Of a stretch of 64,000 nucleotides of DNA, positions 40,291-49,477 are shown piece by piece (positions within the stretch are counted from its first letter, which is position 1; each line of letters begins with the position of its first letter). Under the pieces are notes generated by a model, which saw nothing but the letters and a program-made list of their open reading frames with translations, ran no database searches and was not told where the DNA came from. The stretch is from Candidatus Eiseniibacteriota bacterium (GTDB lineage: Bacteria > Eisenbacteria > RBG-16-71-46): contig JBGAML010000005.1 in assembly GCA_044223005.1 (NCBI GenBank), positions 192,001 through 256,000 on the forward strand. Reading direction: 5' to 3'. A program made the translations under genes and the position numbers.

Positions 40291-41301
40291 ATGCATTCCC
40301 GTGAACGCCTGCTCGCCTCGCTGATGGAACTCTCCGGCCGGAACGCGGCGCGCTCGCGTCCCGAACTGGTCGCCAACCTGCTGCGTGGGGCGATCGCGCT
40401 CGCGGAGGCGGACGGGGTGGTGCTCGGCATCACGAACGGCCGCAACTTCGAACGCTGGGCGCTGCGCGCCGGCGAGGACCTGCCGCTGCCGGTCGAAGCG
40501 CCGGGAACGCCGGGGCCGTTCGAACGCTCGATGATGCGTGCCACGGCACCGCGCGCGCTGGCCGATCTCGCCGAGTCCGATCGCGCCGCCACCGAGATCG
40601 ACTGCCCCGAGCTCGACGCGGGGCCGGCGATCTTCGTGCCGCTGCGCATGCGCGAGCAGGAACTGGGGTACCTCGCGGCGCTGCGGCGCACGGGAGGGAC
40701 GCGCTTCGCGCACCGGGAGGCGCGCCACCTGGCGCTGCTCTCGGCCTACGCGGGCGCGATGCTCGACAACATGCGCGTGTCGGAGAACCTCGAGAAGCTC
40801 GCGGTCACCGACGACCTGACGCAGGTCTACAACTACCGCTACCTCAAGACCGCGCTGCGGCGCGAAGTGAAGCGCGCCTCGCGCTTCCGCCAGCCGCTCT
40901 CGCTGCTCATGGTGGACGTCGACAACCTGAAGGGCTACAACGACCGCAACGGCCACCTGCGCGGCAGCTTCCTGCTCAAGGAGATCGCGGGGCTGTTCGC
41001 GGAACAGGTGCGTTCGTTCGACCTCGTGGCCAAGTACGGCGGCGACGAGTTCACGGTCATCCTGCCGCAGACGGTGCGCCACGGCGCCGCGGCGGTGGCG
41101 GAGCGGCTCCGCGCCACGGTCGCCGCGCACAACTTCCCGCTCGCGCCCGCGGGCGGCATCACCGTCAGCGTCGGCATCGCGTGCTTCCCCGAGGACGGCG
41201 ACAGCGTCACGTCGCTGATCGCGGCCTCGGACCGCGCGCTCTACGCCGCCAAGCGCAACGGCCGCAACCGAGTCGAAGGCATCGAACCGCTGGCGGCATG
41301 A
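40291..41301 (+). CDS. GAF + GGDEF diguanylate cyclase
   Basis: DDLTQVYN, DVDNLKGYND..GH, KYGGDEF. Confidence 0.93.
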   Translation: MHSRERLLASLMELSGRNAARSRPELVANLLRGAIALAEADGVVLGITNGRNFERWALRAGEDLPLPVEAPGTPGPFERSMMRATAPRALADLAESDRAATEIDCPELDAGPAIFVPLRMREQELGYLAALRRTGGTRFAHREARHLALLSAYAGAMLDNMRVSENLEKLAVTDDLTQVYNYRYLKTALRREVKRASRFRQPLSLLMVDVDNLKGYNDRNGHLRGSFLLKEIAGLFAEQVRSFDLVAKYGGDEFTVILPQTVRHGAAAVAERLRATVAAHNFPLAPAGGITVSVGIACFPEDGDSVTSLIAASDRALYAAKRNGRNRVEGIEPLAA

Positions 41302-41326
41302 CATTCTCCGCGCCCCGGGCGGGTCG

Positions 41327-41355
41327 TTGACCGGCCCGCGGGGGCGAGGTAGCGT
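41327..41355 (+). promoter_or_regulatory. Putative sigma70 promoter
   Basis: TTGACC-17bp-TAGCGT. Confidence 0.5.
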
Positions 41356-41410
41356 GCCGCGTCCACATCTGAGAGTCCGCCCGGGTCTCCCGGGCCACAC
41401 CGGAGGCCGT

Positions 41411-42448
41411 GTGTCGGAGAAGATCGGAATCGCCGTCGTCGGGACCGGAGACTGGGGCGCGAACCTGGTCCGGAACTTCGCGAACCTCGCCGGAGCGCGC
41501 CTCGTCGCCGTGTGCGACGCGGACGCCGCCCGTCTCGCGAAGACCGCCGCGCAATACCCGGCCTCCAAGGCGTACGCGGATGCGGCGCAGGTGGCCGCGG
41601 ATCCGGAGGTCCAGGGCGTCGTCGTCTCGGCGTCCGCGGTCGGCCACTACCCGCTCGCCAAGATGATGCTCGAGGCGGGGAAGGACGTGTACGTCGAGAA
41701 GCCGCTGACGCTCGAGGTCGCGCACGCCGAGGAACTCGTCCGGCTCGCCAAGACGGGCAACCGCATCCTCATGGTCGGGCACCTGCTGCTCTACCACCCG
41801 GGCGTCCAGTACATGAAGCGCATGGTCCAGGACGGCTCGATCGGCGACCTGCTCTACATCTACTGCCAGCGCGTCAACCTCGGGAAGGTCCGCAAGGACG
41901 AGAATGCGCTCTGGAGCTTCGCGCCGCACGACCTGTCGGTCGTGCTGCACCTGATCGGCATGGAACCCACGGACGTCGTCGCCCGCGGCTCGGACTTCCT
42001 GCAGAAGGGCGTCGAGGACGTGGTGTTCGTCGACCTCAAGTTCCCGGGCGGCAAGCTCGCGCACGTGCACGTGTCGTGGCTCGACCCGCACAAGCTCCGC
42101 AAGTTCACGGTCGTCGGCACGCAGAAGATGGTCGTGTTCGACGACATGGAAGCCAGCGAGAAGATCAAGATCTACGACAAGGGCGTCGACCGCGCCGGCG
42201 AGGTCGTGTCGTACGGCGACTCGCTCACGGTGCGCAACGGCGACATCCTGATCCCCAAGATCTCGCTGCAGGAACCGCTCAAGCTGGAGTGCACGCACTT
42301 CGTGGACTGCGTCCGCGAGCGCAAGCGCCCGCTCACCGACGGCCTCGACGGCCTGCGCGTGGTCAAGGTGCTCGACGCCGCGCAGAAGTCACTGAAGGCG
42401 GGCGGCGCGCCGGTCGCGATCCAGCCGCTGCCGCAGGAGGTCGTGTGA
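41411..42448 (+). CDS. Gfo/Idh/MocA oxidoreductase (WbpB/WlbA-like)
   Basis: VVGTGDWG, VEKP, MVGH, APHD; GGAGG RBS with GTG start. Confidence 0.85.
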   Translation: MSEKIGIAVVGTGDWGANLVRNFANLAGARLVAVCDADAARLAKTAAQYPASKAYADAAQVAADPEVQGVVVSASAVGHYPLAKMMLEAGKDVYVEKPLTLEVAHAEELVRLAKTGNRILMVGHLLLYHPGVQYMKRMVQDGSIGDLLYIYCQRVNLGKVRKDENALWSFAPHDLSVVLHLIGMEPTDVVARGSDFLQKGVEDVVFVDLKFPGGKLAHVHVSWLDPHKLRKFTVVGTQKMVVFDDMEASEKIKIYDKGVDRAGEVVSYGDSLTVRNGDILIPKISLQEPLKLECTHFVDCVRERKRPLTDGLDGLRVVKVLDAAQKSLKAGGAPVAIQPLPQEVV

Positions 42449-43203
42449 GCAACGTCATCCATCCGAGTGCCCAGGTCGGCGCCGGCACCACGCTGGGCGA
42501 GTTCTGCGTGATCGGCCCGAACGTGAAGATCGGGACCGGCTGCAAGCTCGGCAACCACGTCGTGATCCACGCCGACACGGTCGTGGGCAACGACGTCCGC
42601 ATCGACGACCACGCCTCGCTCGGCAAGTGGCCCATGAAGGCCGCGAACTCGGCGACCACCAAGGAGCAGGACCTGCCGCCGCTCACCGTCGGCGACGTCT
42701 GCATCGTCGGGACGGGCGTCGTGCTCTACCGCGGCGCGGCGATCGACGGCAAGGTGCTGATGGCGGACCTGTGCACGGTGCGCGAGAACGTCACCGTCGG
42801 CCGCGGGACCATCGTCGGCCGCGGCGTGACGATCGAGAACTTCTGCAGCGTCGGGCGTTACTGCAAGCTCGAGTCCGAGAGCTACCTGTGCGCCTACTGC
42901 ACGCTCGAGGATCGCGTCTTCATCGCGCCCGGCGTCGTGACGAGCAACGACAACTTCGTCGGCCGCACGCAGGAGCGCTTCAAGCACTTCAAGGGCGTCA
43001 CCGTGAAGAAGGGCGGCCGCATCGGCGCCGGCAGCGTCACGCTGCCGGGCGTCGTGATCGGGGAGGACGCGCTCGTCGCGGCCGGCTCCACGGTCACGAA
43101 GAACGTCGAGCCGCGCGTGATCGTGATGGGCAAGCCGGCGCGCGTCGTGCGTCCGGTGCCCGTCGAACAACTGCTGGAGAACCAGGGCTGGGTGGACGCG
43201 TAG
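42445..43203 (+). CDS. Hexapeptide-repeat N-acetyltransferase (WbpD-like)
   Basis: IHPSAQVG, LbH repeats, VFIAPGVVTSND, VAAGSTVTKNV. Confidence 0.85.
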   Translation: MSNVIHPSAQVGAGTTLGEFCVIGPNVKIGTGCKLGNHVVIHADTVVGNDVRIDDHASLGKWPMKAANSATTKEQDLPPLTVGDVCIVGTGVVLYRGAAIDGKVLMADLCTVRENVTVGRGTIVGRGVTIENFCSVGRYCKLESESYLCAYCTLEDRVFIAPGVVTSNDNFVGRTQERFKHFKGVTVKKGGRIGAGSVTLPGVVIGEDALVAAGSTVTKNVEPRVIVMGKPARVVRPVPVEQLLENQGWVDA

Positions 43204-43240
43204 TCCCCCGGACCCTTCACCCTTTCGGAGGGGAGTCCCG

Positions 43241-44365
43241 ATGTCGACGAACACGACCATGAAGGTGCCGCTCCTCGACCTTCGTGCGCAGTACGACACG
43301 ATCCGCACCGAGATCGACGGCGCCGTGAAGAGCGTCATGGAGAGCTGTCACTTCATCGGCGGCCCCGAGGTCGCGGCGCTGGAGCAGGAGGTGGCCCGCT
43401 ACTCGCAGACCGCCCACGCGGTGGCCTGCGCCTCCGGCACGGACGCGATCCTGCTGGCGCTCTGGACGCTCGGGATCGGGCCCGGGGACGAGGTCATCTG
43501 CCCGTCGTACACGTTCTTCGCCACCGCCGGCACGATCGCGAACAACGGCGCCTCGCCGGTGTTCGTGGACGTCGATCCGCGCACGTACAACCTCGACACG
43601 CACCTGCTCGAGAAGGCGATCACGCCGCGCACCAAGGCGGTCGTCGCCGTGTCGCTGTTCGGCCAGTGCTGCGACCTCCCGGCGATCAAGGCGATCTGCG
43701 ACAAGCACCAGATCTACCTGATCGAGGACGCCGCGCAGTCGATCGGCTCGGAGTGGGAAGGCAAGCGCTCGGGCTCGATGTGCGACTTCGGCACGTTCTC
43801 GTTCTTCCCGTCCAAGAACCTCGGCGGCGCGGGCGACGGCGGCATGATCGTGACGCAGAACGCCGAGCTCGCCGAGAAGGCGCGGCTGCTCTGCAACCAC
43901 GGCGCCAAGCCCAAGTACTACCACTCGCTCGTCGGCACGAACTCGCGCCTCGACGCGCTGCAGGCCGCGCTTCTGCGCGTGAAGCTGCGCCACCTGGACC
44001 GCTGGAGCGAGAAGCGTGCGCAGAACGCCGCGCTCTACAACCAGCTGTTCGAGGGCTCGAAGGTCGGCCGTCCGTACCACGACACCCGCACGCGCCACAT
44101 CTACAACCAGTACGTGATCCGCGTGCCGAACCGCGACGGACTCAAGAAGCACCTCGGCGAGAAGAACATCGGCTGCGAGGTCTACTACCCGGTGCCGCTG
44201 CACCTGCAGAAGTGCTTCGCGCACCTGGGCTACAAGGCCGGCGACATGCCCGTCTCGGAGGCCGCGGCCAACGAGACGCTCGCGCTGCCGATCTATCCCG
44301 AGTTGTCGGAGGAGCAGATCCGCTACGTGGCCCAGACCGTTCGCGACTTCGTCGAGAACGCCTGA
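43241..44365 (+). CDS. DegT/DnrJ/EryC1/StrS aminotransferase (WbpE-like)
   Basis: ASGTDA, GPGDEVI, IEDAAQ, SFFPSKNLG, NSRLDALQAA. Confidence 0.92.
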   Translation: MSTNTTMKVPLLDLRAQYDTIRTEIDGAVKSVMESCHFIGGPEVAALEQEVARYSQTAHAVACASGTDAILLALWTLGIGPGDEVICPSYTFFATAGTIANNGASPVFVDVDPRTYNLDTHLLEKAITPRTKAVVAVSLFGQCCDLPAIKAICDKHQIYLIEDAAQSIGSEWEGKRSGSMCDFGTFSFFPSKNLGGAGDGGMIVTQNAELAEKARLLCNHGAKPKYYHSLVGTNSRLDALQAALLRVKLRHLDRWSEKRAQNAALYNQLFEGSKVGRPYHDTRTRHIYNQYVIRVPNRDGLKKHLGEKNIGCEVYYPVPLHLQKCFAHLGYKAGDMPVSEAAANETLALPIYPELSEEQIRYVAQTVRDFVENA

Positions 44366-44499
44366 GCCATCACGGGCCGTGCGGCCCGTGAGACGAAACC
44401 GAAGCGCGCCGCCGAACCCCGCCCTGTAGGCGGCGCGCTTCCGAAGGTCTCCAAGAGACCCTGCCGTGGGTCCCCTTCCCGCGGCAGCGATACGGTTCC

Positions 44500-46410
44500 A
44501 TGACCGAATCGAATCGTGACGCCCTGCGGAGCCTGCTCCGCCGGGTGGACGAAGTGCGGGGGCTGTCGGATCGCTCGGCCGGATCGGCCGTGGTCGCGAT
44601 CGACGACCCCGATGCGCTCGTCCGCACGCTGGGGGAACTGGTCGAGGAGCTCGAGCGCAGCCATCGCCGGCTGATCGAGACCAACGTCCAGCTCGTGTCC
44701 CTGCGCGAGGTCGCCGGCCGGCTCACCACCACGGTGGACGCCGCCGAAACCACGCGCACGGTGACGCGCTACCTCCGGCACGCGTTCGGGTTCGACCAGG
44801 TCGGCCTGCTGCTCGTGGACCGCACCCGCGGCACGCTCGTCGGCTCGTGGGCCGGCCCCGACGGCACCACGTCGGCGCTCGAGGTGCCGCTCGCCGGCGA
44901 GCGCGGTGCGCTCGCGCGGGCGGTGTGGCTGCAGCGGACGCTCCTGCACCACGACTCGCGCCGCCATCCGCCCGCGGTACTGGCGCCCGGGCACCCGCTG
45001 CACGAGACGTTCGAACAGGTCGGCTCGCTCACCTGCGTGCCGCTGCAGCGCAGCCGCAGTGGCGCCGAGGGCAACCCCTGCGAGCGCTGCCCGGTCCCCG
45101 CCTCGATCGCGCCCGCGCCGCCTCCCGGCCAGAGTGCGGGGGAGTGGCTCGCGCAGCGCGAGGAGGCCCAGCGCCACTGCCTCGGCTGCGACCGGCTGCC
45201 CTCGCTCGGCGTGATCGCCGCCGGACGGCGCGACGGATTGCCGCCGCTCACCGCCGGAGACGTCACGCTCGTCGAGTCGATCGCGCTCTCGGTCGCGCCC
45301 ATGGTCGAGAACGCCCGGTTGTTCCAGGCGCTGCGACAGAGCCAGCAGTTCCAGCAGCACGTGCTCGACGGCATGAGCAGCTCGCTCGTCGCCGTGGACC
45401 TCGACGGCCGCATGCTCGGCTTCAACCGCGCCGCCGAGGAGCTGCTCGGCTGGAAGGAAGCGGAAGTGCTCGGGCGCGGTATCGGCGAGTGCTTCGGCGC
45501 CGAGATCGAACGGCTCGTCGCCGAACTCCTCGGCCACGGGGACGACTCCGAGATGCAGGAGACGTCCATGCGCGCGCGCGACGGCGACTTCGTGCCGGTG
45601 CGGCTCTCGGCCTCGCTGCTACGCGACGACGCCGAGCGCGTCTACGGCGCCATCGCGACGTTCGTCGACCTGCGGCCGCTGCGCCGCGCCGAGGAGCAGG
45701 CGCGCCAGCTCGACCGGCTCGCGGCGCTCGGCCGGTTCACGTCCAGCGTCGCGCACGAGATCCGCAACCCGCTCACCGGGATCGGCATGGGCGTCCAGTC
45801 GCTCGCTCGCGCCGTCGGCTCCGACGACCGGCAGCGCCAGAACGTCGAGTTCATCCTCGGCGAGATCAAGCGGCTCGACCGCATCGTGCAGGAGCTCTTC
45901 GACGTCACGCACCCGCGGCGGCTCGATCTCGCGCCGCGCCCGGTCGCCGAGACGATCGCGCGCGCCCAGCGCTCGGTCGAGGGCGTCCTCGCCACGCGGC
46001 AGGTCACGCTGACCGTGCGCGAGGCCGCGTCGCTGCCGCGCGTGCCGCACGACGCCGACCAGATGCAGCAGGTGTTGATCAACCTGTTCAAGAACGCGGC
46101 CGAGGCGTCACCCGCCGGAGCCACGATCGCCGTCGAGGTGCAGCGCGTCCCCGGCGCGCGGCGCAACGGCCGTCCCACCGGCGTCGCGATCACGGTGACC
46201 GATTCGGGTCACGGGATCGACGAAGCCACCCAGCGCACGTTGTTCGAACCGTTCTTCACCACCAAGCCGGGAGGCACCGGCCTGGGTCTCTACATCACGC
46301 ACGACATCGTCAAGCGGCACGGGGGCAACCTCACCGTGTCCAGTGAGCCCGGGCACGGCGCCACGTTCCGCGTGGAACTGCCGCTCGACACCGAAGGAGA
46401 AGCGTCATGA
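44500..46410 (+). CDS. GAF-PAS sensor histidine kinase
   Basis: VAHEIRNPL, QQVLINLFKNA, DSGHGI, FEPFFTTK, GTGLGL; PAS FNRAAEELLG. Confidence 0.93.
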   Translation: MTESNRDALRSLLRRVDEVRGLSDRSAGSAVVAIDDPDALVRTLGELVEELERSHRRLIETNVQLVSLREVAGRLTTTVDAAETTRTVTRYLRHAFGFDQVGLLLVDRTRGTLVGSWAGPDGTTSALEVPLAGERGALARAVWLQRTLLHHDSRRHPPAVLAPGHPLHETFEQVGSLTCVPLQRSRSGAEGNPCERCPVPASIAPAPPPGQSAGEWLAQREEAQRHCLGCDRLPSLGVIAAGRRDGLPPLTAGDVTLVESIALSVAPMVENARLFQALRQSQQFQQHVLDGMSSSLVAVDLDGRMLGFNRAAEELLGWKEAEVLGRGIGECFGAEIERLVAELLGHGDDSEMQETSMRARDGDFVPVRLSASLLRDDAERVYGAIATFVDLRPLRRAEEQARQLDRLAALGRFTSSVAHEIRNPLTGIGMGVQSLARAVGSDDRQRQNVEFILGEIKRLDRIVQELFDVTHPRRLDLAPRPVAETIARAQRSVEGVLATRQVTLTVREAASLPRVPHDADQMQQVLINLFKNAAEASPAGATIAVEVQRVPGARRNGRPTGVAITVTDSGHGIDEATQRTLFEPFFTTKPGGTGLGLYITHDIVKRHGGNLTVSSEPGHGATFRVELPLDTEGEAS

Positions 46411-47840
46411 GCAAGGCCAACGTGCTGGTCGTCGACGACCAGGACTCCATCCGCCACTTCGTGAGCCAGGCGCTCGAGGACGACGGTTACACCGTCGCCA
46501 CGGCGGGCTCGGTGCGCGAGGCGCGGGCGGCGATCGAGCAGTCCATGCCCGACATGGCGTTCCTCGACCTGAAGCTCCCCGACGGCACCGGGCTCGAGCT
46601 GCTGCGCGAGATCAAGCGCATCCAGCCCGAGGTGTCGGTCATCCTGATGACCGCGTTCGGCGAGCTCGAGACCGCCGTCGAAGCCATGAGCGCCGGCGCG
46701 TTCTGGTTCGTGAAGAAGCCGTTCCAGGCCGAGGAACTCCTGGCGCTGGCCACGCGCGCGCACGAGTCGCAGAAGATCTGGCTCGAGCTGCGCCGGCTGC
46801 GCAACCAGGCGTTCGCGGACGAGGACTACCTGCACTCGGCGAGCCCGGCCATGCAGGAGGCCTACGCCATCGCCGAGCAGGTCGCGCGCGGCGACACGAC
46901 CAGCGTGCTGATCGAGGGCGAGAGCGGCACCGGCAAGGAGTACTTCGCCAACCTGATCCACCGCATGAGCGCGCGGCACTCGCAGCCGTTCGTCGAGATC
47001 AACTGCGCCGCGATCCCGAGCGAGCTGCTCGAGAGCGAACTGTTCGGCCACGAGAAGGGCGCGTTCACGGACGCCCGCGCGCAGAAGCTGGGCCTGATGG
47101 AGCTGGCCAACGGCGGCACGCTGTTCCTCGACGAGATCGGGGAGATGTCGCCCATGCTGCAGGTGAAGCTGCTCCGCGTGCTGGAGCGCCGCACTTTCAA
47201 GCGCGTCGGCGGCACCAAGGACATCGCGGTCAACCTGCGCATCATCTCGGCGACCAACCAGGACCTCGAGAAGATGGTGCGGGAGGGAGGCTTCCGCGAG
47301 GACCTCTACTACCGCCTCAAGGTCGTGCCCCTGTTCGTGCCGCCGCTGCGCGACCGGCACGAGGACGTCGTGCCGCTGGCGCGGCTCTTCATGGAGCGCT
47401 TCGCGAAGCAGTTCAAGAAGCCCTTCAAGGAGATCGCACCCTCGGCGCAGCGGATGCTGCTGGACTATCCGTGGCCGGGAAACATCCGTGAGCTGAAGAA
47501 CCTGTTCGAGCGCACGATCCTGCTCGAGAACGCCGAGGTGCTGGAGGCCCGGCACCTCAAGATGGCCGCGCGGGCACGCGGCAACGCCGACGCCTCGCTG
47601 GGGCAGCGCGTCGAAGAGGCGCTCAACTCTCCGATCCCGGCGGGCGGCCTGGCGTTCGAGCAGCTGATCGAGGACCTGGAGCGCGCCTTGATCCTCCGTG
47701 CCTCGTATGCTACGAACTGGAACCAGAGCCGTACCGCGGAACTGCTGAACCTGAAGCGCGACAAGCTGCGTTACCGCATGAAGCTCTTCGGGATCCACGG
47801 CAAGGACAACGACGAGAGCACCCAGACGGATGCCGCCTGA
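46407..47840 (+). CDS. Sigma54-dependent response regulator (NtrC family)
   Basis: Receiver domain, GESGTGKE, ELFGHEKGAFTDA, FLDEIGE, WPGNIREL, Fis HTH. Confidence 0.96.
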   Translation: MSKANVLVVDDQDSIRHFVSQALEDDGYTVATAGSVREARAAIEQSMPDMAFLDLKLPDGTGLELLREIKRIQPEVSVILMTAFGELETAVEAMSAGAFWFVKKPFQAEELLALATRAHESQKIWLELRRLRNQAFADEDYLHSASPAMQEAYAIAEQVARGDTTSVLIEGESGTGKEYFANLIHRMSARHSQPFVEINCAAIPSELLESELFGHEKGAFTDARAQKLGLMELANGGTLFLDEIGEMSPMLQVKLLRVLERRTFKRVGGTKDIAVNLRIISATNQDLEKMVREGGFREDLYYRLKVVPLFVPPLRDRHEDVVPLARLFMERFAKQFKKPFKEIAPSAQRMLLDYPWPGNIRELKNLFERTILLENAEVLEARHLKMAARARGNADASLGQRVEEALNSPIPAGGLAFEQLIEDLERALILRASYATNWNQSRTAELLNLKRDKLRYRMKLFGIHGKDNDESTQTDAA

Positions 47841-48366
47841 CGCACGAGCCCCCTGGCTGTCGCGCGCGGTCCTCCTGGCCGCCGTGGCGGTCGGGGGGCT
47901 CGTGTCGGGATCGTGTGGGTACACCGCGAGTCCCGCACTGCTGCCGTCGCACCTCAAAACCGTCGCCGTGCCGGTGTTCGAGAACGGCACGACGGAATAC
48001 ACGCTGGAGCAGGACATCACGAACGCCGTGATCCAGCGCTTCGTCCGCGACAACCACCTCCGCGTCGTGGACGAGAAGTCGGCCAACTGCGTCGTCCGCG
48101 GCAAGGTCACGCAGTACAAGAACGCCGTCTTCGGCTTCACGAACTCCGCCCAGGCGCAGGAGTACCGCGTCACGATCGCGGTGCAGGTCACCTTCAAGGA
48201 CCTCGTGAAGAACCGCGAGATGTGGAGCGACGAGATCGTCCGCACGGCGAACTACTTCGTCACCGACGTCCCCGGCCAGGCCGCCAAGACCGAACTCGAT
48301 GGACGCAAAGAAGCCGTCGACAAGATCGCAGACGAAGTCCTCAGCCGCTCGGTCGAAGGCTGGTAG
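47830..48366 (+). CDS. lptE: LPS assembly lipoprotein LptE family
   Basis: Lipobox GSCGY, TVAVPVFEN, EYRVTI; adjacent to holA and leuS. Confidence 0.75.
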   Translation: MPPDARAPWLSRAVLLAAVAVGGLVSGSCGYTASPALLPSHLKTVAVPVFENGTTEYTLEQDITNAVIQRFVRDNHLRVVDEKSANCVVRGKVTQYKNAVFGFTNSAQAQEYRVTIAVQVTFKDLVKNREMWSDEIVRTANYFVTDVPGQAAKTELDGRKEAVDKIADEVLSRSVEGW

Positions 48367-49375
48367 CGCGACCGCGGCGAGCACGCCCGCGCGCTCGCGC
48401 GCGTCGGGCGGGGCCCGTCCGCGCCCGCCGGCCGACCCGCTCGCGCTGCTGGAGCGCGCCGACGCGGGCGAGTTCCCGCCGTCGCTGCACGTCGAGGGCC
48501 CCGAGGAAGCGCTGAAGGCCGAGTTCCTCGCCGGCTTCCGCCGCGCCTGGGCCGCCGCGGTCCCCGAGGCGCCGACGCCGCGCGTGCTGCGGCTGGGCGA
48601 GGACGACGTGGACACCGTGCTGTCCGCGCACCACGGCATCTCGATGTTCGCCGCGCGCGAGCTGACGATCGTGCACGCGCTCGAATCCCTGGTGCGCAGC
48701 GAGCGCAAGGTGAGCGACCTCGCCGCCGGCGTCGCGCGCCCCGCGGGCGAGTCGGTGCTCGTGCTGGTCGAGGCCGCCGCCGACGCGCCGCGCAAGTCGC
48801 TCGACGCGATCCGCGCCGCGTGCGCCGCGCGCGTCGAGCTGCACCCCGTCGACGCGAAGACGCTGCTCGTGTGGGGCCGCCGGCGACTGAAGGCCGAGGG
48901 CCTGGACGAAGCACCCGGCACGCTCGAGGCGCTGCTGCGCTCGTGCGAAGGGGAGAGCGTCGCGTTCCTGAGCGAGCTGGGCAAGCTGGTGAGCTGCTGC
49001 GCGCGCGCCGGCAAGGTCACGCCGAAGGACGTCGCCGCGCTCGAACGCCCGGTGGTGGGCGCGAGCCTCGAGGAGTACCTGCTCGCCGTGGCCAGCGGCG
49101 AACCCGGACTCGCCGCGCAGCGGCTCGGCCGCCTGCTCGCGGCCGGCGAGAGCGAGGGCTCGGTGATGTGGGCGCTCGGCAACATGGTCGGCGGCGCGAT
49201 CGGCGGCTGGTCGATGCGCCCCGAACTGGCGCGAGTGCTCGGCCGGCGCCGCGGCCCCGCCGATCTCGCCCGCGCGCTCGACGCCGTCTACCGCGCCGAG
49301 GCCGCCTGGAAGGGCGGCCGCACGGACGCCCTGCTCGCCCTCGAGCAGGCGACCCGCGAGGTCGCCGCACGCTGA
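48299..49375 (+). CDS. holA: DNA polymerase III delta subunit (divergent); start uncertain
   Basis: LHVEGPEE, SMFAARELTIV, ELGKL...VTPKDV; lptE/leuS synteny. Confidence 0.7.
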   Translation: MDAKKPSTRSQTKSSAARSKAGSATAASTPARSRASGGARPRPPADPLALLERADAGEFPPSLHVEGPEEALKAEFLAGFRRAWAAAVPEAPTPRVLRLGEDDVDTVLSAHHGISMFAARELTIVHALESLVRSERKVSDLAAGVARPAGESVLVLVEAAADAPRKSLDAIRAACAARVELHPVDAKTLLVWGRRRLKAEGLDEAPGTLEALLRSCEGESVAFLSELGKLVSCCARAGKVTPKDVAALERPVVGASLEEYLLAVASGEPGLAAQRLGRLLAAGESEGSVMWALGNMVGGAIGGWSMRPELARVLGRRRGPADLARALDAVYRAEAAWKGGRTDALLALEQATREVAAR

Positions 49376-49477
49376 GCAGCCTCCGCGCGGCGCGGGCCAT
49401 TCGCCCGCGGCCTGCCGTGACGGGAGGGAAGCCCTCCGCTATCTTCCACGCTCCACCTTCATCCATCGGATCGGTCC

